DNA of 64,000 nt from Centroscyllium fabricii (Eukaryota): positions 291,648,001-291,712,000 of the forward strand of contig JBNRSN020000007.1 in NCBI GenBank assembly GCA_051313645.2, read 5' to 3'. Positions 12,681-26,449 of the stretch are shown here, piece by piece. The stretch's first letter is position 1, and each line of letters starts with the position of its first letter. The position numbers were made by a program, and so were the translations under genes. The notes beneath the pieces are model-generated. The model searched no databases, was not told where the DNA came from, and saw nothing but the letters and a program-made list of their open reading frames with translations.

Positions 12681-13409
12681 GGAGCGTTTTAACCACTGAA
12701 AAATGGCCTCAGAGCACACCTATTCCAGAAGTGTGCGTTTGACAAGGCCCTCCTCCACACACTGCTGCACTACAGAGCCTCCCAGCATTCCACTACAGGG
12801 GTCTCACCCGCATCCCTCATGCGAGGCAGTGAGCTCATGTTGCCCCTTGACAGGCTCCGCCCCTCGCTAGCTCAGAGCCCTGCTCCACGGGCTCAAGCCA
12901 CAGTCGCCAGACAGCCTGAGAAGATGAAACTCCGCTTTGACCAGTCAAAGAGGGCCAAGGCGCCCAACATCTCAGTCTCCGATTGGGTCAGAGTCCGCAG
13001 GCCTCACCGCAACAATAAAATGGCCTCATTCTGGTCCTCCCCTCTCCAAATCAGCCGCCAACTTGGATGGCCACTTTCTGCCTCACTGATGGCTCCTGGT
13101 GGCATGCCAACTGCCTTCAGAAGGTGCCAGAACCCTCTGATGCAGGTTTACACAGATCTCACTCCCAAGCCTTACCCCCAGATTGGCGGGATGCACATGT
13201 GGTGGCTCAGCCAGCCTACCCTCAAGCAGATATTGCACCTCGGCCCACTCCTCACCAGTCCCCACATCGGCCTGCTCATCACCAGTCCCCATCTTGGCCC
13301 ACTCCTCAACAGTCCCCATCTCGGCCTGTTCGTACACCTTCTCACCCTGGCCACCTACAGGACTTTGTCACTGCATTTCACGTTTGAAATTTTGTGAGGG
13401 GGGAGGAAA

Positions 13410-13622
13410 TGTTATGTCTGCACACTGGGTTAGTGTTGCATTCGAGTACACAAAGTTATTGTTATGTTATGTCTGAAATCTGTGATAAGTACACGATTGC
13501 TTTTGGCTGTGATTGTGATAGGTATGTGATTGCTTTTGTCTGTGAGTTTAGTTGGACACCATTAAAATCTACTCGCGTTCAGTTTGAGAATCTGCCATTG
13601 ATTTCACCCTGCAAACGCAACA
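13410..13622 (+). repeat. 3' LTR (213 bp) preceded by polypurine tract
   Basis: TG...CA; PPT GAGGGGGGAGGAAA at 13396-13409. Confidence 0.93.
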
Positions 13623-14131
13623 CAATCATTATTGATCCTAAAAATTTAAACAGGATCGGATTTCCCCCCTCCCAGAATACACCTGCTAAGAATAATAAAA
13701 ATTCCTTAAAACTAGCAGTGTGCACGGACTCAATGACCCTCTAGCTATTACAAAATAAATGCCAGAAAGCTCCCTCAGAGCTAGTATGCTCATCTAACTT
13801 ACGCACACACACACACTTTCCAGCAGGGTTGGCTGGACAGCAGTCAGGAGTGGAAACTCTCACTGATTTTCTCTCTCCCGCGCCAAGTGTCCTGCCTTCG
13901 CTGGCACTTCAGCTGAGCTCTGGGTATTCAGCACCGACTGAGTGCAGGGTGGAGCTTGGCAGTGATATCTTTCATGGCCCAATGTCTGGAGGGCACTCAC
14001 TGTCTCGGTCTAACACAGGAAGGTTGGTCAGTTGGGTAAAGTGCTGCCTGTGGAATTTTACACCAGCACCGAGCCAATGCCATCTGACGAAGTGAGAAAA
14101 TTGGACAGTGGTGGGGGAAAGACTTTCTTAC

Positions 14132-14285
14132 CTCTATGAGATAGTCAATAGATCCAGAGACTGGATAGGCTTTCGTGACAAACTTTGCCACACCATGCAT
14201 GTTGATAAATCCTTTCCAAATCGCATCCAGGTGAGAGAGGAACAACGAAGTATCCAATTCCACTGGAGTCTTTGACTCTGAAACT
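14132..14285 (-). CDS. DIDO1: DIDO1 exon (154 bp), SPOC domain start
   Basis: ttctag|A GTT TCA...ATA GAG|gtaag; DTSLFLSHLDAIWKGFINMHGVAKFVTKAYPVSGSIDYLIE. Confidence 0.95.
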
Positions 14286-14899
14286 CTAGAACACAAACAA
14301 TGTCAGTCAGGCGGCCCTAGTACAAAAGTGACATCACCCCAAACACTGCTCGCTTGGTGGAACATTTACCCAGTCTATTTTCTATTAATTTTAGAATCCA
14401 CATCCAGGTCAGATGTTCAAAATTAACAATGCCTAAATTAAACTACTTGTGGTCCATCTGAGCTCTCCCAATGGATTTGTTTAAAAAAAAATTAAGAGTC
14501 ATAAGGAAGAAAAACATTAACCTGTCTTTTCTCTTTCCAGCTGCTGATTGGAACAGAGGATTTGCTGAACAGAGACCCAGGTCCATCTAATTCGTCTTCT
14601 ACCATCCTGGGAGTCACATGATCCAACAGTGATGGAGTTGTTGACTAATCACGGCGATCAAACTCAATCAGTGAGTCTGCAACAGACCCAGACACGAGGT
14701 GAGGAAAACCCCCAGTGTGGGGGGGGGCGGGGGGGGGGGGGAGAGCTTTCGGAACCAGAGGTCCAGAGTCACCTGTTCCTCCCGAGCTCGCCACACGTCA
14801 CAAATTACTCATAGACTGTGTCCCCATTATTTTCTGAAATATCTAATTTGCGTCTGAATGGATCTAACTGGTCCCCACTGAACTATTTGGAGCACTATT

Positions 14900-15062
14900 A
14901 ATCTAACCCACTCGTCAGGAATGAGGTGCAACGCTGGTTTTACACCCTGCCCAATTTTACTCTCCACCGAAGTCAACAGGGAGTAATATTGGGCAGAGTG
15001 TAAAACTGCATTCCACCTGATCCCGTGGGTTTCTCGCCCTATGAGTTAGGTTAAAATGAGTC
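14900..15062. mobile_element. Old palindromic MITE-like element
   Basis: gttttacaccctgcccaattttactctc ... gggagtaatattgggcagagtgtaaaac imperfect hairpin. Confidence 0.5.
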
Positions 15063-15064
15063 CC

Positions 15065-16405
15065 ATTGTTTCTACAGATAAGTTTTGAATTTACCCCCCT
15101 TCAAGCGCAGGCCGTGTCCTCTGGTTCCACTGTTCTGGACAAGGTGAAATAGCTCGTCATGGTCTACATTATCTAGTCCCTTTAGAGTCCTAAAAACAGT
15201 CACATCACCCCTCCACCTTCTCTTTCCTAATGAGAACAGGCCCAATTTACATAATCACTCCTCATAATCCACCATTCTGGTTGCTCTTTCTGTATCGTTT
15301 TAATAACTGCAATATCCTTCTTGTGGCGTAGTGACCATAATTGCACATAATATTCTGCGTGCGGTTGCACCAATGATTTATAAAGTGACAGGATTATCTC
15401 ACTATTTTGGCTCAATATCGACCTTTTTGGCTCAATATCGACCTTTTAATACTTCTCAACATCTGATTTGCTTTACTCATTGCCACCGAGCTTTAGTGCA
15501 ATAGCTTCAATTTGTTGTCAACCAGGACCCCCAAATCTCTTCAATTTTCTTTCCATTTTAGCAATAGTCCTTTCCTGGATTTGTTTGTACCCTCCAAAGC
15601 ATTTTGCTCTACATTCAGTTTTACCTGCCATCTGTCTGCACAATTCCTACATATATTAAAACTCTCCTGTAACTTAATCGGTTCATCTTTGCCATCTAAT
15701 GTCTTCAATTAGCTGTGTAGCATCTGTACATTTACCACTGTGCTTGTGATTCCTAGCTCCAGTTCATTTATCAAGATATTGAAGAGGTCCCAAAACAAGC
15801 CCCTATGGGATCCCACGGGTAACGTTCTCCCAGGCTGATCACAATCCCTGTACCACAACCCTCTGGGTTCCATAGGTCAACCAGTCACGTATTCATTGTG
15901 AAGTATTTCAACTGACTCCTGCTTCTTTATTTTCAGCCTTTCCAGAGGAACCGTATCAACGGCCTTATTGGAAATCCAAGTACATTGCATCCACTGCCTT
16001 CCCCCTATTAAGCTCCTGTCACACCCTCAACGAAAACCCGTAAGTTAGATTGGGAAGACCTCATAGAGTCAGAGTTTTACAGCACAGAGGCCCTTCGGCC
16101 CATCAAGCTCTGTCTATTCTAATCCCATTTTCCTGCATTTGGTCCGTAGCCTTGTATGTTATGGCGTTTCAAGTGCTCATCTAAATGCTTCTTGAATGTT
16201 GTGAGGGTTCCTGCCTCTACCACCCTTTCAGGCAGTGAGTTCCAGATTCCAACCACCCTCTGGGTGAAAAAGTTCCTCCTCAAATCCCCTCTAAACCTCC
16301 TGCCCCTTACCTTGAAACTATGCCCCCTGGTTATTGACCCCTCTACTAAGGGAAAACGTTCCTTTCTATTTACCCTATCTACGCCCTTCATAATTTTGTA
16401 CACCT
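15065..16405 (-). mobile_element. Old CR1 RT remnant followed by a younger CR1 3' fragment
   Basis: Degenerate LYKSLVQPHAEYYVQLWS; ORF 16119-16421 NFFTQRVVGIWNSLP; 20-bp tandem duplication at 15405-15444. Confidence 0.7.
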
Positions 16406-18109
16406 GTTCTTCATGAATCAATATTGGTTATTGTTTATGGCTTTTTCTATCCAGATGTTCCATAGTATCTTCAACAAGAGTTTCTAGTCTGAAGTTTCCG
16501 GTGTCACTTTTGTTGCCTTTTTTAACTGAACCGATTGCCGCTGTGCATTTACATATGAACAGGAGTAGGCCATTCAGACCCTCGAACCTGCTCCACCATT
16601 CGATTAGATCAATGCCGATCTATACCTCAACTCCATTTGCCCAACTTTGTGCCATATCTATTGACCTCTGTCTTGGAGGCTCCAATTGTCCCAGTATCCA
16701 CAGCCATTTGGAGAGAATTCCAGATTTCCAACATGTTCCAATTTTTTTTTTTTTTTTACTGAAAACTCTTATAAAGTAAGAAACCTGGGATGAGCTTCAC
16801 CAGATGTCAAGAGCTAGAGCAGCTTTGGCTTCCTCAGTAATATGAAGCTCTATCCGTATCTCTCCAGTCCCATTCCCTCAATGCCATAAATTTGAAATTC
16901 TTATCCTTGTGTTTAAAGCCTTCCGTGGTCTTGCCTTACCCTATCTCTGTAACCTCCTCCAGCCTTGTAACTTCTCCCCAAACTCTTTTTCTGGCTTCTT
17001 GTTCATCCCCCCTTCTCCCCACTATTGGTGGTTGTGCTGTCAGATGCCTGGACCCCATTCTCTGGATTTCCCTCCCTAAACTCCTCTGTCGCTCCACCTA
17101 CCTCCCCTTCTTTAAGACCTTCATTAAAATCTACTACTTTGGCTAAACTGTTGATTATCCCTCCAAATCTCATATTTGCCTCGGTGTTGGGTTTCTCCTC
17201 ATACCTCAGTGACATTGTTGTTGAAAAGGTTCTTAGAACAAAACGAATGTGGATATTAATTTGTCCCCAATTGGTATTGTTACCCAGCAGCAGAGCAAGG
17301 TGTGCTGTACTGTGCCCAGGCCTAAATTTGGAATGGTCACCAGACCACTGAAATATTTACTTCAATGCGGAATGGATTACATACAATGAAAATTTAGATT
17401 ACTTCCTGATTGTACACTAGTACAGAGTATACTGGTTGTGAGGGAACTCTCCTACATTTGATTTGGGGTCAGTCATTACACTGCTCATTACATTATTAGC
17501 TAGCATGTTCCTATCAATCAAGCCTTTTCTATGTGGTGTTCAACTTTATTGAGCAGGTTGAGTATAGTGTGATCCTAAAAGCGAAGAAACAATAATGTGC
17601 AAGCCCAAAAGTGGTTTAACAACTGGTCAGAATAATTAATCCAAATCTTTAATGTTAAATTTATAGTTTTGGTTATAACTGGGGAACCTTAGGATGGGGG
17701 AGAAAGCAGGGACTCGAAGTTGTTCTTGACATGAGCTCAACAAAAAAAGAAAATAGTTTAGATAGGTGTAAAGCTAGTTGGAATTTCTGGCTCTTCTGGG
17801 AGTTCAATTACAGCCTCTCTCTAGGGACAAAGGTTATCAGTATATATTTTGAATCGCAGTGTTGTGTTGACAGTCTACATATTTATAAAGAAAATCATAA
17901 TACAGGTTGCCTATATGCTCCAGTGAGATCTAACAGCTGGATGGATGGATGGATGAACTGGAGTTTACCACAAGTCACCCAGCTTCTTGTTTGAAAGCTA
18001 TTGTGATCCCCTTTTCAGAATTATTTTGTATGTACATCTAGCCTGAATATTGTTCTGACTGGTGGCTTTGGCTTGCTACAGTAGTTCTCTCCTTGTGATT
18101 CTTACACAC

Positions 18110-18599
18110 CTTACTGTTGTGTAGTTCTGCTCAGGTGCAATTGATGGTTTTGTCAGTATAGATTTAGGAGCTGCAGATGTCAAAATGGATTTTGGCACCT
18201 CCTCCTCCTTCTTCTTTTCACCACCAAAAGTTCTCTCCCACGCCAGCTCAGCAGCTGAAGATGTTGAGAATATAGTCTTAGGGACATGATAGATGCTAGG
18301 CGAAGAACCTACAGTGATGAATGTATCTCTCCCGGCAGCTGTAGTTGGATTACTGGCTGGTGATATGAAGGAGTTGCTGACAGATGCTGTAGTCAGCTGT
18401 GGTACCGATGTAGTGGGAAGAGAGGTAACTTCTTGGGTTGAAACCGGATTCTCTCTCGGATCTGAAACAGTCACGGTTGCTTTGCTTTGTTCTTGCTGAC
18501 GTCTTACATCAGGCCTTGGTTTCATTTTTGGTTCTGTCTTTTTGGTGACCACTTTTGGCTTCCTCGGCACGGGTTCATCATCTGAGACTTGAACTTTAC
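18110..18599 (-). CDS. DIDO1: DIDO1 exon (490 bp), S/T/P-rich linker
   Basis: ttttag|GT AAA GTT CAA (GKVQVSDDEPVPRKPK)...PKSILTKPS...GTA AG|gtgtgt; donor chosen because the next exon needs phase 2. Confidence 0.85.
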
Positions 18600-19206
18600 C
18601 TAAAAGGGAGTGTGCAAATCAACAGGTGAATTAAAGGTTTGGGGTTAAATTAAATACAGATGTGGCTTGTGCTAGATTATCTGCATTATTCCTGAAATGA
18701 ATAGCCTGAATTCACACCTACTTTACTGTTTGTATCATTCACTAACAATAAAGTTCGTAAGCAAATCAGTTGATGTCCTGTGACTTTGCACAGTCAAAAT
18801 AAAAACACATTTTTGGAATTAGGTCCCAGGTAGAGCTTGTTCATTAATTAACTCCCATATTTATTTGGGCGCTCATGCTTGACCAGATCCAGGGCTTCAA
18901 TCCAGTAAAAAAAAAACTTGATTTATTAAAAATTCTTCAATTTATTTAAACTTTCAGTGCAAGTGTACTGGCTATTTTTTGTTTTTGTTGTGAAATGGGA
19001 TAGTTGGATCTGATTGGACCTTGCTAACCACACAAACAATATCAAGATGTGGTGAGCATAAACTAATTATAAAGCAATATTGGATATTATGGGAGCAACG
19101 TTCCATGGCCTCACACGTAGTGGGCAGTTTATCCGTGAATTGTAGGTGCATTGCCCACAATTTTCTGTTCATCAATGTCATGGATGGAACACTGCAGGCA
19201 AAATAG

Positions 19207-19591
19207 CCGACACGGTGGCATAGTGGTTAGCACTGTTGCCTCACAGCACTAGAGACCCGGGTTCAAATCCAGCCTCGGGTACTATCTGTGTGGAGTTTGC
19301 ACATTCTCCCCGTGTCTGCGTGGGTTTCCTCCGGGTGCTCCGGTTTCCTCCCAGTCCAAAGATGTGCGGGTTAGGTTGATTGGCCAGGATAAATTGACCC
19401 TTAGTGTTAGGGGGATTGAATATGTGGGGATAGGGTGGGATATGTGTCGGTGCAGGCTCGATAGGGATCGAGGGATATGGGGACAAGGCAGGGACAGGGT
19501 GCTGGGTTTGGATGATCAGCCATGATCTCATTGAATGGCGGAGCAGGCTCGAAGGGCCGACTCCTGCTCCTATCTTCTATGCTTCTATGTT
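19207..19591 (+). mobile_element. tRNA-derived SINE (HE1/V-SINE type) with CR1-type tail
   Basis: Box A TGGCATAGTGG, box B GGTTCAAATCC, V-domain gtggagtttgcacattctccccgtg, HER1-like tail. Confidence 0.88.
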
Positions 19592-20185
19592 TGCCTGCTG
19601 TGTGAGAGTCCCTGCCAGCGGTGTAGGGCCTCAAAGTTATACCCTATATTTATTGAGACATAATTTTTTTTAAATTATGCTTGATTGCCTTTTTAGATTA
19701 ATTTGCATCACTGCTGATCAGAACCCTACTAAAGTACAAGAATGTTCTGCTGCATTGCAGATACATGCCTAGGGAAAGTATGCTAAGCACTGAATATAGT
19801 TGCATTGGTCTTCACGATAGACCAACATTCAGACAATATTTTCTATGCAGCGAGTTGTGATTTGGAACGCGCTGCCTGAAAGGGCGGTGGAAGCAGATTC
19901 AATAGTAACTTTCAAAAGGGAATTGGAGAAATACTTAAGGGAAAAACTTGTAGGGCTATGGAGAAACAGCAGAGGGGAGTGGGGCTAATTGGAGAGCTCG
20001 TTCAAACAGCCGGCAGACATGATGGGCCAAATGGCCTCTTTCTGTGCTGTATGATTCTATGCATTTCATTAGTGTAGTGATGATTGAGACTGCACAAACT
20101 CTGGCTTTGTTCTCACACCGCTGTTGCACAGAACCACACTGATGAATGTTCATGAAAAGTCCTAAAATGTTTTTGTGCTGTTTAC

Positions 20186-20315
20186 CTGTGCAGATTCTGC
20201 AGTTCAGATCAAATAGGTGAGCTCGGTGTTCATCTGTTGTGTCTTTAAGCATGCTGCTGAAGATGTCAGGTAGTGGAAAGCTGGTCTTCTGAGCAGGACG
20301 TGCATCTTCCTGCTC
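20186..20315 (-). CDS. DIDO1: DIDO1 exon (130 bp)
   Basis: tctcag|GAG CAG...ACA G|gtaaa; DIFSSMLKDTTDEHRAHLFDLNCRICTG is the conserved DIDO1/PHF3 motif; phase 0 to 1. Confidence 0.95.
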
Positions 20316-22494
20316 CTGAGAAACAGACATAAACTTCAACCATATTGAAAGCCACTGGACAATTGTAAAAATGCAACGATGCAGTCGTAGCTACTATGAT
20401 ATCCAGTGTATAAATCCAAATTGCAAACCAGCACAATCTACCACATATTCACTGGATTGGAATCTAAAATTTATACATCAGATTTTTTTTAATGCAACGA
20501 GTGTCATGATGACTTTGAATGCACTGCCTGAAAGGGTGGTGGATGCAGATTCACAGTAACTTTCAAAAGGGAACTGGGGAAATACTTAAGGGAGCAAGTT
20601 TACAGGGCTATGGGGAAAGAGCAGGGGAGTGGGACTAATTGGATCGCTCTACCAAAGATTCAGCATATGCACAAAGGGCTCCTTCTGTGCTGTATTACAC
20701 TATGATATTTAGGGAACAGATATAGCGAATAAGGATGAATTCTTTAATTATTTTCACATCTTCTTTGCCAGCGACCACCACATCCCAAAGAATAATTAAG
20801 AAAACAATTATTTCGACCACAGATTTCAGTGGGAACTATATTGAGCCGAGGCATTTATTTGTGAATTTCTTTTTTTAAATGAGTTGTGTTCAACCCCAAT
20901 TATAATAATCTGGAAGAAATCTCAAGTAGAGAAAGAGGTCTGTAAGCTTAAGAGTCAACTTCTCGTAGCTAGAGATCTCCCCCAATTTTCGCTTCTGAAG
21001 GCCGTGACTAAAACTGGGATGGAATTCCACAAACACCAAGAGCCTTCCAGCTTCTCACTGAAATGGCCGTTCACACGAGACCAGACAGGAAGTGGAGACA
21101 AGCTATTTCACTGCAGGGGAATCTCCCAATTCTGTCATCACCTGACATCAACACATACATACTTTTCACCAAAGTTCAACGGAAAATACAAAGGCGTAGG
21201 CACCAGGTCTGCCAAATCTCAGCCATCTGGAATGGAATTCATTTTATTCTGAAGTCTCACCTATTCTGATGTATCTCAAATTTAAACATTAAACGTAACT
21301 CCGTAAGTCGGATTGTATCTTCGCATTCTTTCTTGCTGCCAGGTTATACGCCTTGGTATGATCATTGTATTTAGCGAGGTCAGTAGGAGTGCAGGAATCA
21401 AGACAAGTGTTAGCAGCGGAGCAGATTGTCCATTGTTTGCAGCTCATCACCACAGTCGCACATCAACGAGTTGCTGTTATTGTAATTCTATATGCTTAAA
21501 TGGGTCTCTGATCTGGCTCACTTTTAAAAAAAAATCATAAATGTCACTTTTAACATTTTTCCAATGTTAATTTACTCCAGCAAAATCCCCTGGCTCATTT
21601 CCCCCCATCCCTAACTAATGGGAACAGAGCCAAACTGTAATACCCCTGCAGCTCTGGCTGAGAACAGCCAAGACCAGAGATTGAACTTGAAACCTTCCTC
21701 GGTCATATGACTCAGTGACAAACCTCAAGTTATATTTACCCACTGGGGCACGAGCGAGTTTAACACATTTCCAAATAATGTTAAATACAATAAGCAGTTT
21801 CATACAAGAGTTACCATCATTCGCTCCCACCACAAGAAAAAAAGTTAGCGGTAATTTACTCTATCCACTGATCGATTTTATGGCAACAAAAGGTCTATCA
21901 TAGAGAAAACTCGAACAATGACTGGAAGCAGCTGAGAGAAAAGATTTGAAGAATGGAAGCTGTAAAAGTCGGTTAAAACAATGGTAAAGAGGATTAGATA
22001 TAACTTCGGGAAAGACCCAAAGGCAAGTTCAGTACAGAATACCATGGAATAGTTTGAACACAACAAATATCTTATAACTGCAACAGGCAGGATCAATGCC
22101 ACTGAAAAGGTTTGTGCCTAATGTAAAAGAAACATTATGGGAAAGAGTTTAGAAATGTGCATTAAACCCAGATGATCAAAAGGTATATACAGTACTTCGC
22201 GTCCTTGGTCAATGCTCCCTTTGGAGGGTTCATACTGTGATGATGGAACAGATTTGTTCTGATGGAATTTGGATCAAATATGAAGGCCCAACCTGATCGC
22301 AGTCCTCTACAAAATACTTCTGGTGATGTCACAGTGAACTTTTGGTATTCACAAACAACTTCCAAAATCAATCATTCAAACCTTTTACCTCACTGGCTAA
22401 TTGTTGTTTAGAATTAAGTGGGCCAGTGCCCAGTAATCATGGTGTGCTACTGTTCCATTTTGTATTTAAATTCCTTCAAAGCTTTAGTTTCTGA

Positions 22495-23175
22495 ACATAA
22501 GAAATAGGAGTAGACAATTTGGCCCTTCAAGTCTGCTCTGCCATTCAATAAGATCATGGCTGATCTTCTACCTCATCTCCACTATCCCCATATCCCTCAA
22601 TTCCCTTAATACTCAAAAATCTACCGATCTCGGTCTTGAATATACTCAACGACTGATCCTCCACAGCCCTCTGGGGTAGAGAATTCCAAAATTCACCACC
22701 CTCTGAGTGAAGAAATTTCTCACCTCAGTCCTAAATGGCCATCCCCTTATTCTGAGACTGTGGCCCCTGGTTCTACACACCCCAGCCAGGAGAAACATCC
22801 TCCCTGCATGTACCCTGTCAAGCCCTGTAAGAATTTTGTATGTTTCAATGCGATCACCTCTCATTCTTCTAAACTCCCGAGAATAAAGGCCTAGTCGACT
22901 CAATCTCTCCTCATAGGACAATCCCCCCATCCCAGGAACCAGTCTGGTGAACCTTTGTTGCACTCCCTCTATGGCAAGTATATCCTTCCTTAGGCAAGAT
23001 CAAAGCTGTACACAATACTCCAGATGTTCTCACCAGGACCCTATATAATTGCAGTAAGACGTCTTTACTCGCATACTCAAATCCTCTTGCAATAAAGGCC
23101 AACATACCATTTGCTTTCCTAATTGATGCAGTTCCTGCATGTTAATTTTCAGTGATTCGTGTACAAGGATACCCT
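22495..23175 (-). mobile_element. CR1 LINE 3' fragment
   Basis: ORFs 22646-22963 and 22911-23105 are CR1 ORF2 C-terminus; typical tail. Confidence 0.85.
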
Positions 23176-23615
23176 TGTACCCTGAAGCAGCCATATCTTT
23201 GTTTGAAATCATTAAATTGTTTTCATAGTAGTCACAAAATACACAGGAAGGATCCTTGTATACAAATACCTTTGTAGAGGTATGAACAGTGTAAATTAGC
23301 ATTCATAGTGCTAAACAGCAGCCTTTTGTGTCAGGGTAGGTGTCTGGCAGTACACTGTAGAACTGCAGCTCCTGTAGGAAGTTTATTTAATTGTATTCTT
23401 TAGAGTCCTTGCTGTATATGACTACCTCAAAATAGTGTCTATTCCAGTGATATTGGCTTCTTCTCTACATTCTAAACCAGCACAGTCCCATAGTTATGTT
23501 GAAAGATGCTACTAAATACGATGACTATTAGAACCCATGGGGGTGGGGGAAGAATTTGGTCCAAATTGTAATTACAATTAAAAAGATTTTTCCACAACTC
23601 AGGAAAAAAATATTA

Positions 23616-23946
23616 ACAGAAGATAGGAGCAGGAGTAGGCCATTCGTGCCTGCTCGGCCATTTTTGATGAGATCATGGCTGGTCATCCAAACCCAGTACC
23701 TCCCTCCTACCCTCTCCCCATATCCGACACCCCCAACTCTAAGAACTATATCTCACACATACTCATGGGCAATTCTTAGTATCTCCAATTCACCTAATCT
23801 GCATGTCTTTGGGTGGTGGGAGGAAACCCACACGAACACAGGGAGAACATGGAAACTCCACGCAGAGGTGTCCCGGGCCAAGCAGGATTCGAACCCAGGA
23901 GCTCCTTATTGCGAGGCAGCAGTGCTACCACTGCACCACCGTGTCG
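23616..23946 (-). mobile_element. tRNA-derived V-SINE, second subfamily
   Basis: Box A/B head and CR1 tail; homologous to 62315-62682. Confidence 0.82.
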
Positions 23947-24304
23947 ACCAATATTCTTTTAATATCCAGTTAGAAAATCTGCTCTAATCTTATTTTAGGC
24001 ATTGTTCATGTTCTGGATTAACAAGTTGGTTCAATTTGACATTGTGGAGTGTGGCAAGTTGCCAAGACACATTCACAATGACAGATATTCATCAACTTTC
24101 TGCTCAGGAATACTTGTAGAGTTGTCCTCACATCAGCTAGCTGCATCAGGATTTTATTAAAAAATCACAGGGACAATGAGAAGTAACTGGAATCTGCTTT
24201 GAAAAGGATTTTAATATCGGGTGTGAATCCTAAAATCGTCGGTTTAACCTGCAATACTTCTGTGTAGATTGAATATTTTTTTTGTCTGGATCAATGTGAA
24301 CAAG

Positions 24305-24650
24305 GCTAGATTTATTACCCATCCCCATTTGACCCGAGGTGGTAGTGTTGGTGTTAGTGGCTTTCCTTGAGTAGCAATTGTCTGTAGAACCGAGTGGCTT
24401 CCTAGGCCATTTTGGAGGGCATTAGAGTCTCAACCATGTAGTAATGTGTAAACCAGACTAGTTAGAAGTGGCAGATTCCCCTGCCTGAAGAACATTAGAG
24501 GACCAGTTGGATTTTTGAAGACAATCCAGCTGCCATTGTTGTCATAATTATTTTCTCATGGTAGCCCAAACAAATGACCAGATTTATGGAATTCCATTTC
24601 ACAATGATGCGATATGAACTTAGTCTCTAGGGTTGCTGGTCCAGTTCTGT
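24305..24650 (-). mobile_element. Old short derivative of the tRNA-headed LINE family
   Basis: LINE 3'-tail-like sequence fused to 5'UTR-like gagtggcttcctaggccattttggagggcattagag. Confidence 0.55.
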
Positions 24651-24970
24651 TTCAGATCATAAGAATCTGAAGTATATGGAGATTGAGAGAGGAATTTATA
24701 GCTTGCCAGTATTGTAAATGAATATTCGTTTTTGCTGTTACTTGCTGAGAAAGGCTGTCTGTGGTGTACATATGTGGAATATGCATTATGTTGTCTACAT
24801 TGAGCCCCTTGCAACCTTTGACCCATGGCTATTGGATACCGTTAAACCTTTGAAAGGATAATGGTTCTTCTCTGCTCTGTAATTACTTTTGGGGAAACAA
24901 AAATGCCTTTGAACTGTTTTCTAGCCCTATAATAATATACAAGATGATACTGTAGTCATGATTTATCCAT

Positions 24971-25845
24971 GACTGTCCATGGCTCCAACACGATCATCAA
25001 GTTCGCGGATGACACCACGGTGGTTGGCCAGATCACCAACAACGACGAGTCAGCCTACATGGATGAGATCCAGCGCCTTGTGGGTTGGTGTGCCGACAAC
25101 AACCTGGCACTGAACACCAAGAAAACCAAGGAGATCATAGTGGACTTCCGGAGGACTGGAAGCAGAAGACACACCCCCATCTTCATCCAAGGGGCTGAGG
25201 TGGAAAGGGTGTCCAGCTTCAAGTTCCTCGGGGTCCACATCTCGGAAGATCTCTCCTGGTCACTAAACACCTCCTCTCTGGTTAAGAAGGCCCAACAGCG
25301 CCTGTACTTCCTAAGGAAGCTGAAGAAAGCCAGGCTGTCATCCGGCATCCTCTCCAACTTCTACCGCTGCACAATAGAAAGCATACTGACAAGCTGCATC
25401 ACTGTCTGGTATGGTAATTGCACTATCTCGGACCGGAAAACCCTGCAGCGGGTAGTCAAAACTGCCCAACGAATCACCGGTACACAGCTACCGTCAATGG
25501 AAAGCATCTACCTCAAACGCTGCTTACGGAGGTCTATGAACATTATTAAAGACCCCACACACCCCAGCCACAGTCTGTTCGCCCCCCTGCCCTCCGGGAG
25601 ACGCTACAGAGCAATCTGCACCCGCACGACTAGATTTCAGAACAGCTTCTTCCCCAGGGCTGTCAGCCTCCTGAACTCTAAAAAGAAACTCCGGTACCTG
25701 CACGCCTGATAATGTACTCTACTGTATGCAATTTGCATGTAATTTATTTATTTTTATTTGCACTACTCTCAGAAGAGTCGAGTCTTCGTCTCGTTGTATT
25801 GTACTAGTACTCTGCAATGACAATAAAACTTGAATTGAATTGAAT
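24971..25845 (+). mobile_element. Rex1/Babar non-LTR retrotransposon, 5'-truncated, young
   Basis: Uninterrupted ORF IIKFADDTTVVG...KKAQQRLYFLRKL...FFPRAV; AATAAA and (TGAAT)n tail. Confidence 0.92.
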
Positions 25846-26449
25846 GATGCACGGTGTGCTGTATTCGGCAGAGCAGGTCATGCGGGCTCCCGGATTCCGT
25901 TGCAGGATTATTAAAAGCTTATGCTGCCACACTTGATTTAATTACCCCCAGTCCTACACATTTAGTTTAGATAGACCCTTAGCAGGCAAGAGTCTGTGTG
26001 TGTTTAAATGGCCCATTAAACAATCTTGGCCTCATTTTACAAGTTTGGGCGATGGTCTACCCATAACCTGATCTACTCCCTTAAAGTTGGGCGCATAAGG
26101 GTCTTTGCGATGTTGCCAGCTCCAGGTGGTCTTAAAAGCAGAAGGCAAGTTGTTATTTATTTCCTCCTGCATTTTTATCCATGCACGATTTGGTGTTCCT
26201 GGGAAGGTCTCCATTACTTTTTACACTTGTGTCTTTTTAACTCTACAAATACTTGATTACCTTTTGGTTTGTTTGCTTTGATGTAACACTTTTTAAAAAG
26301 GTGGATAGGTATTCTATGAGGGTTTCCAAACATATTGCATAATTAAAAGCTCATGAGGGAACAAATGATGCAGGGGCATTGATCGGAGGTATTTTGTTCA
26401 TATTTGGCACTAACCCAGGCGCGGCAGCTGAACATGTGAACTATTCCCC

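Larger units (their letters stand above)
9174..13622 (+). mobile_element. Full-length decayed Ty3/Gypsy LTR retrotransposon (Mag-like), antisense to DIDO1
   Basis: Two LTRs; TSD CAATC (9169-9173, 13623-13627); gag with Cys knuckles, protease LLDTGA, RT YLDD, RNase H CDAS, integrase HHCC and TTDNGP; many frameshifts and stops. Confidence 0.96.

Noticed and set aside
1891-14285. PHF3 assignment
   Set aside because: SPOC residues (DTIHIGGRI, GKLKSS, RFHPATEEEE, RGRFGVVANN) match DIDO1 rather than PHF3
19207-19285. tRNA gene calls from box A/B motifs (also 23.9, 32.2, 53.2 and 62.3 kb)
   Set aside because: Each continues into a SINE or LINE body; these are tRNA-derived heads
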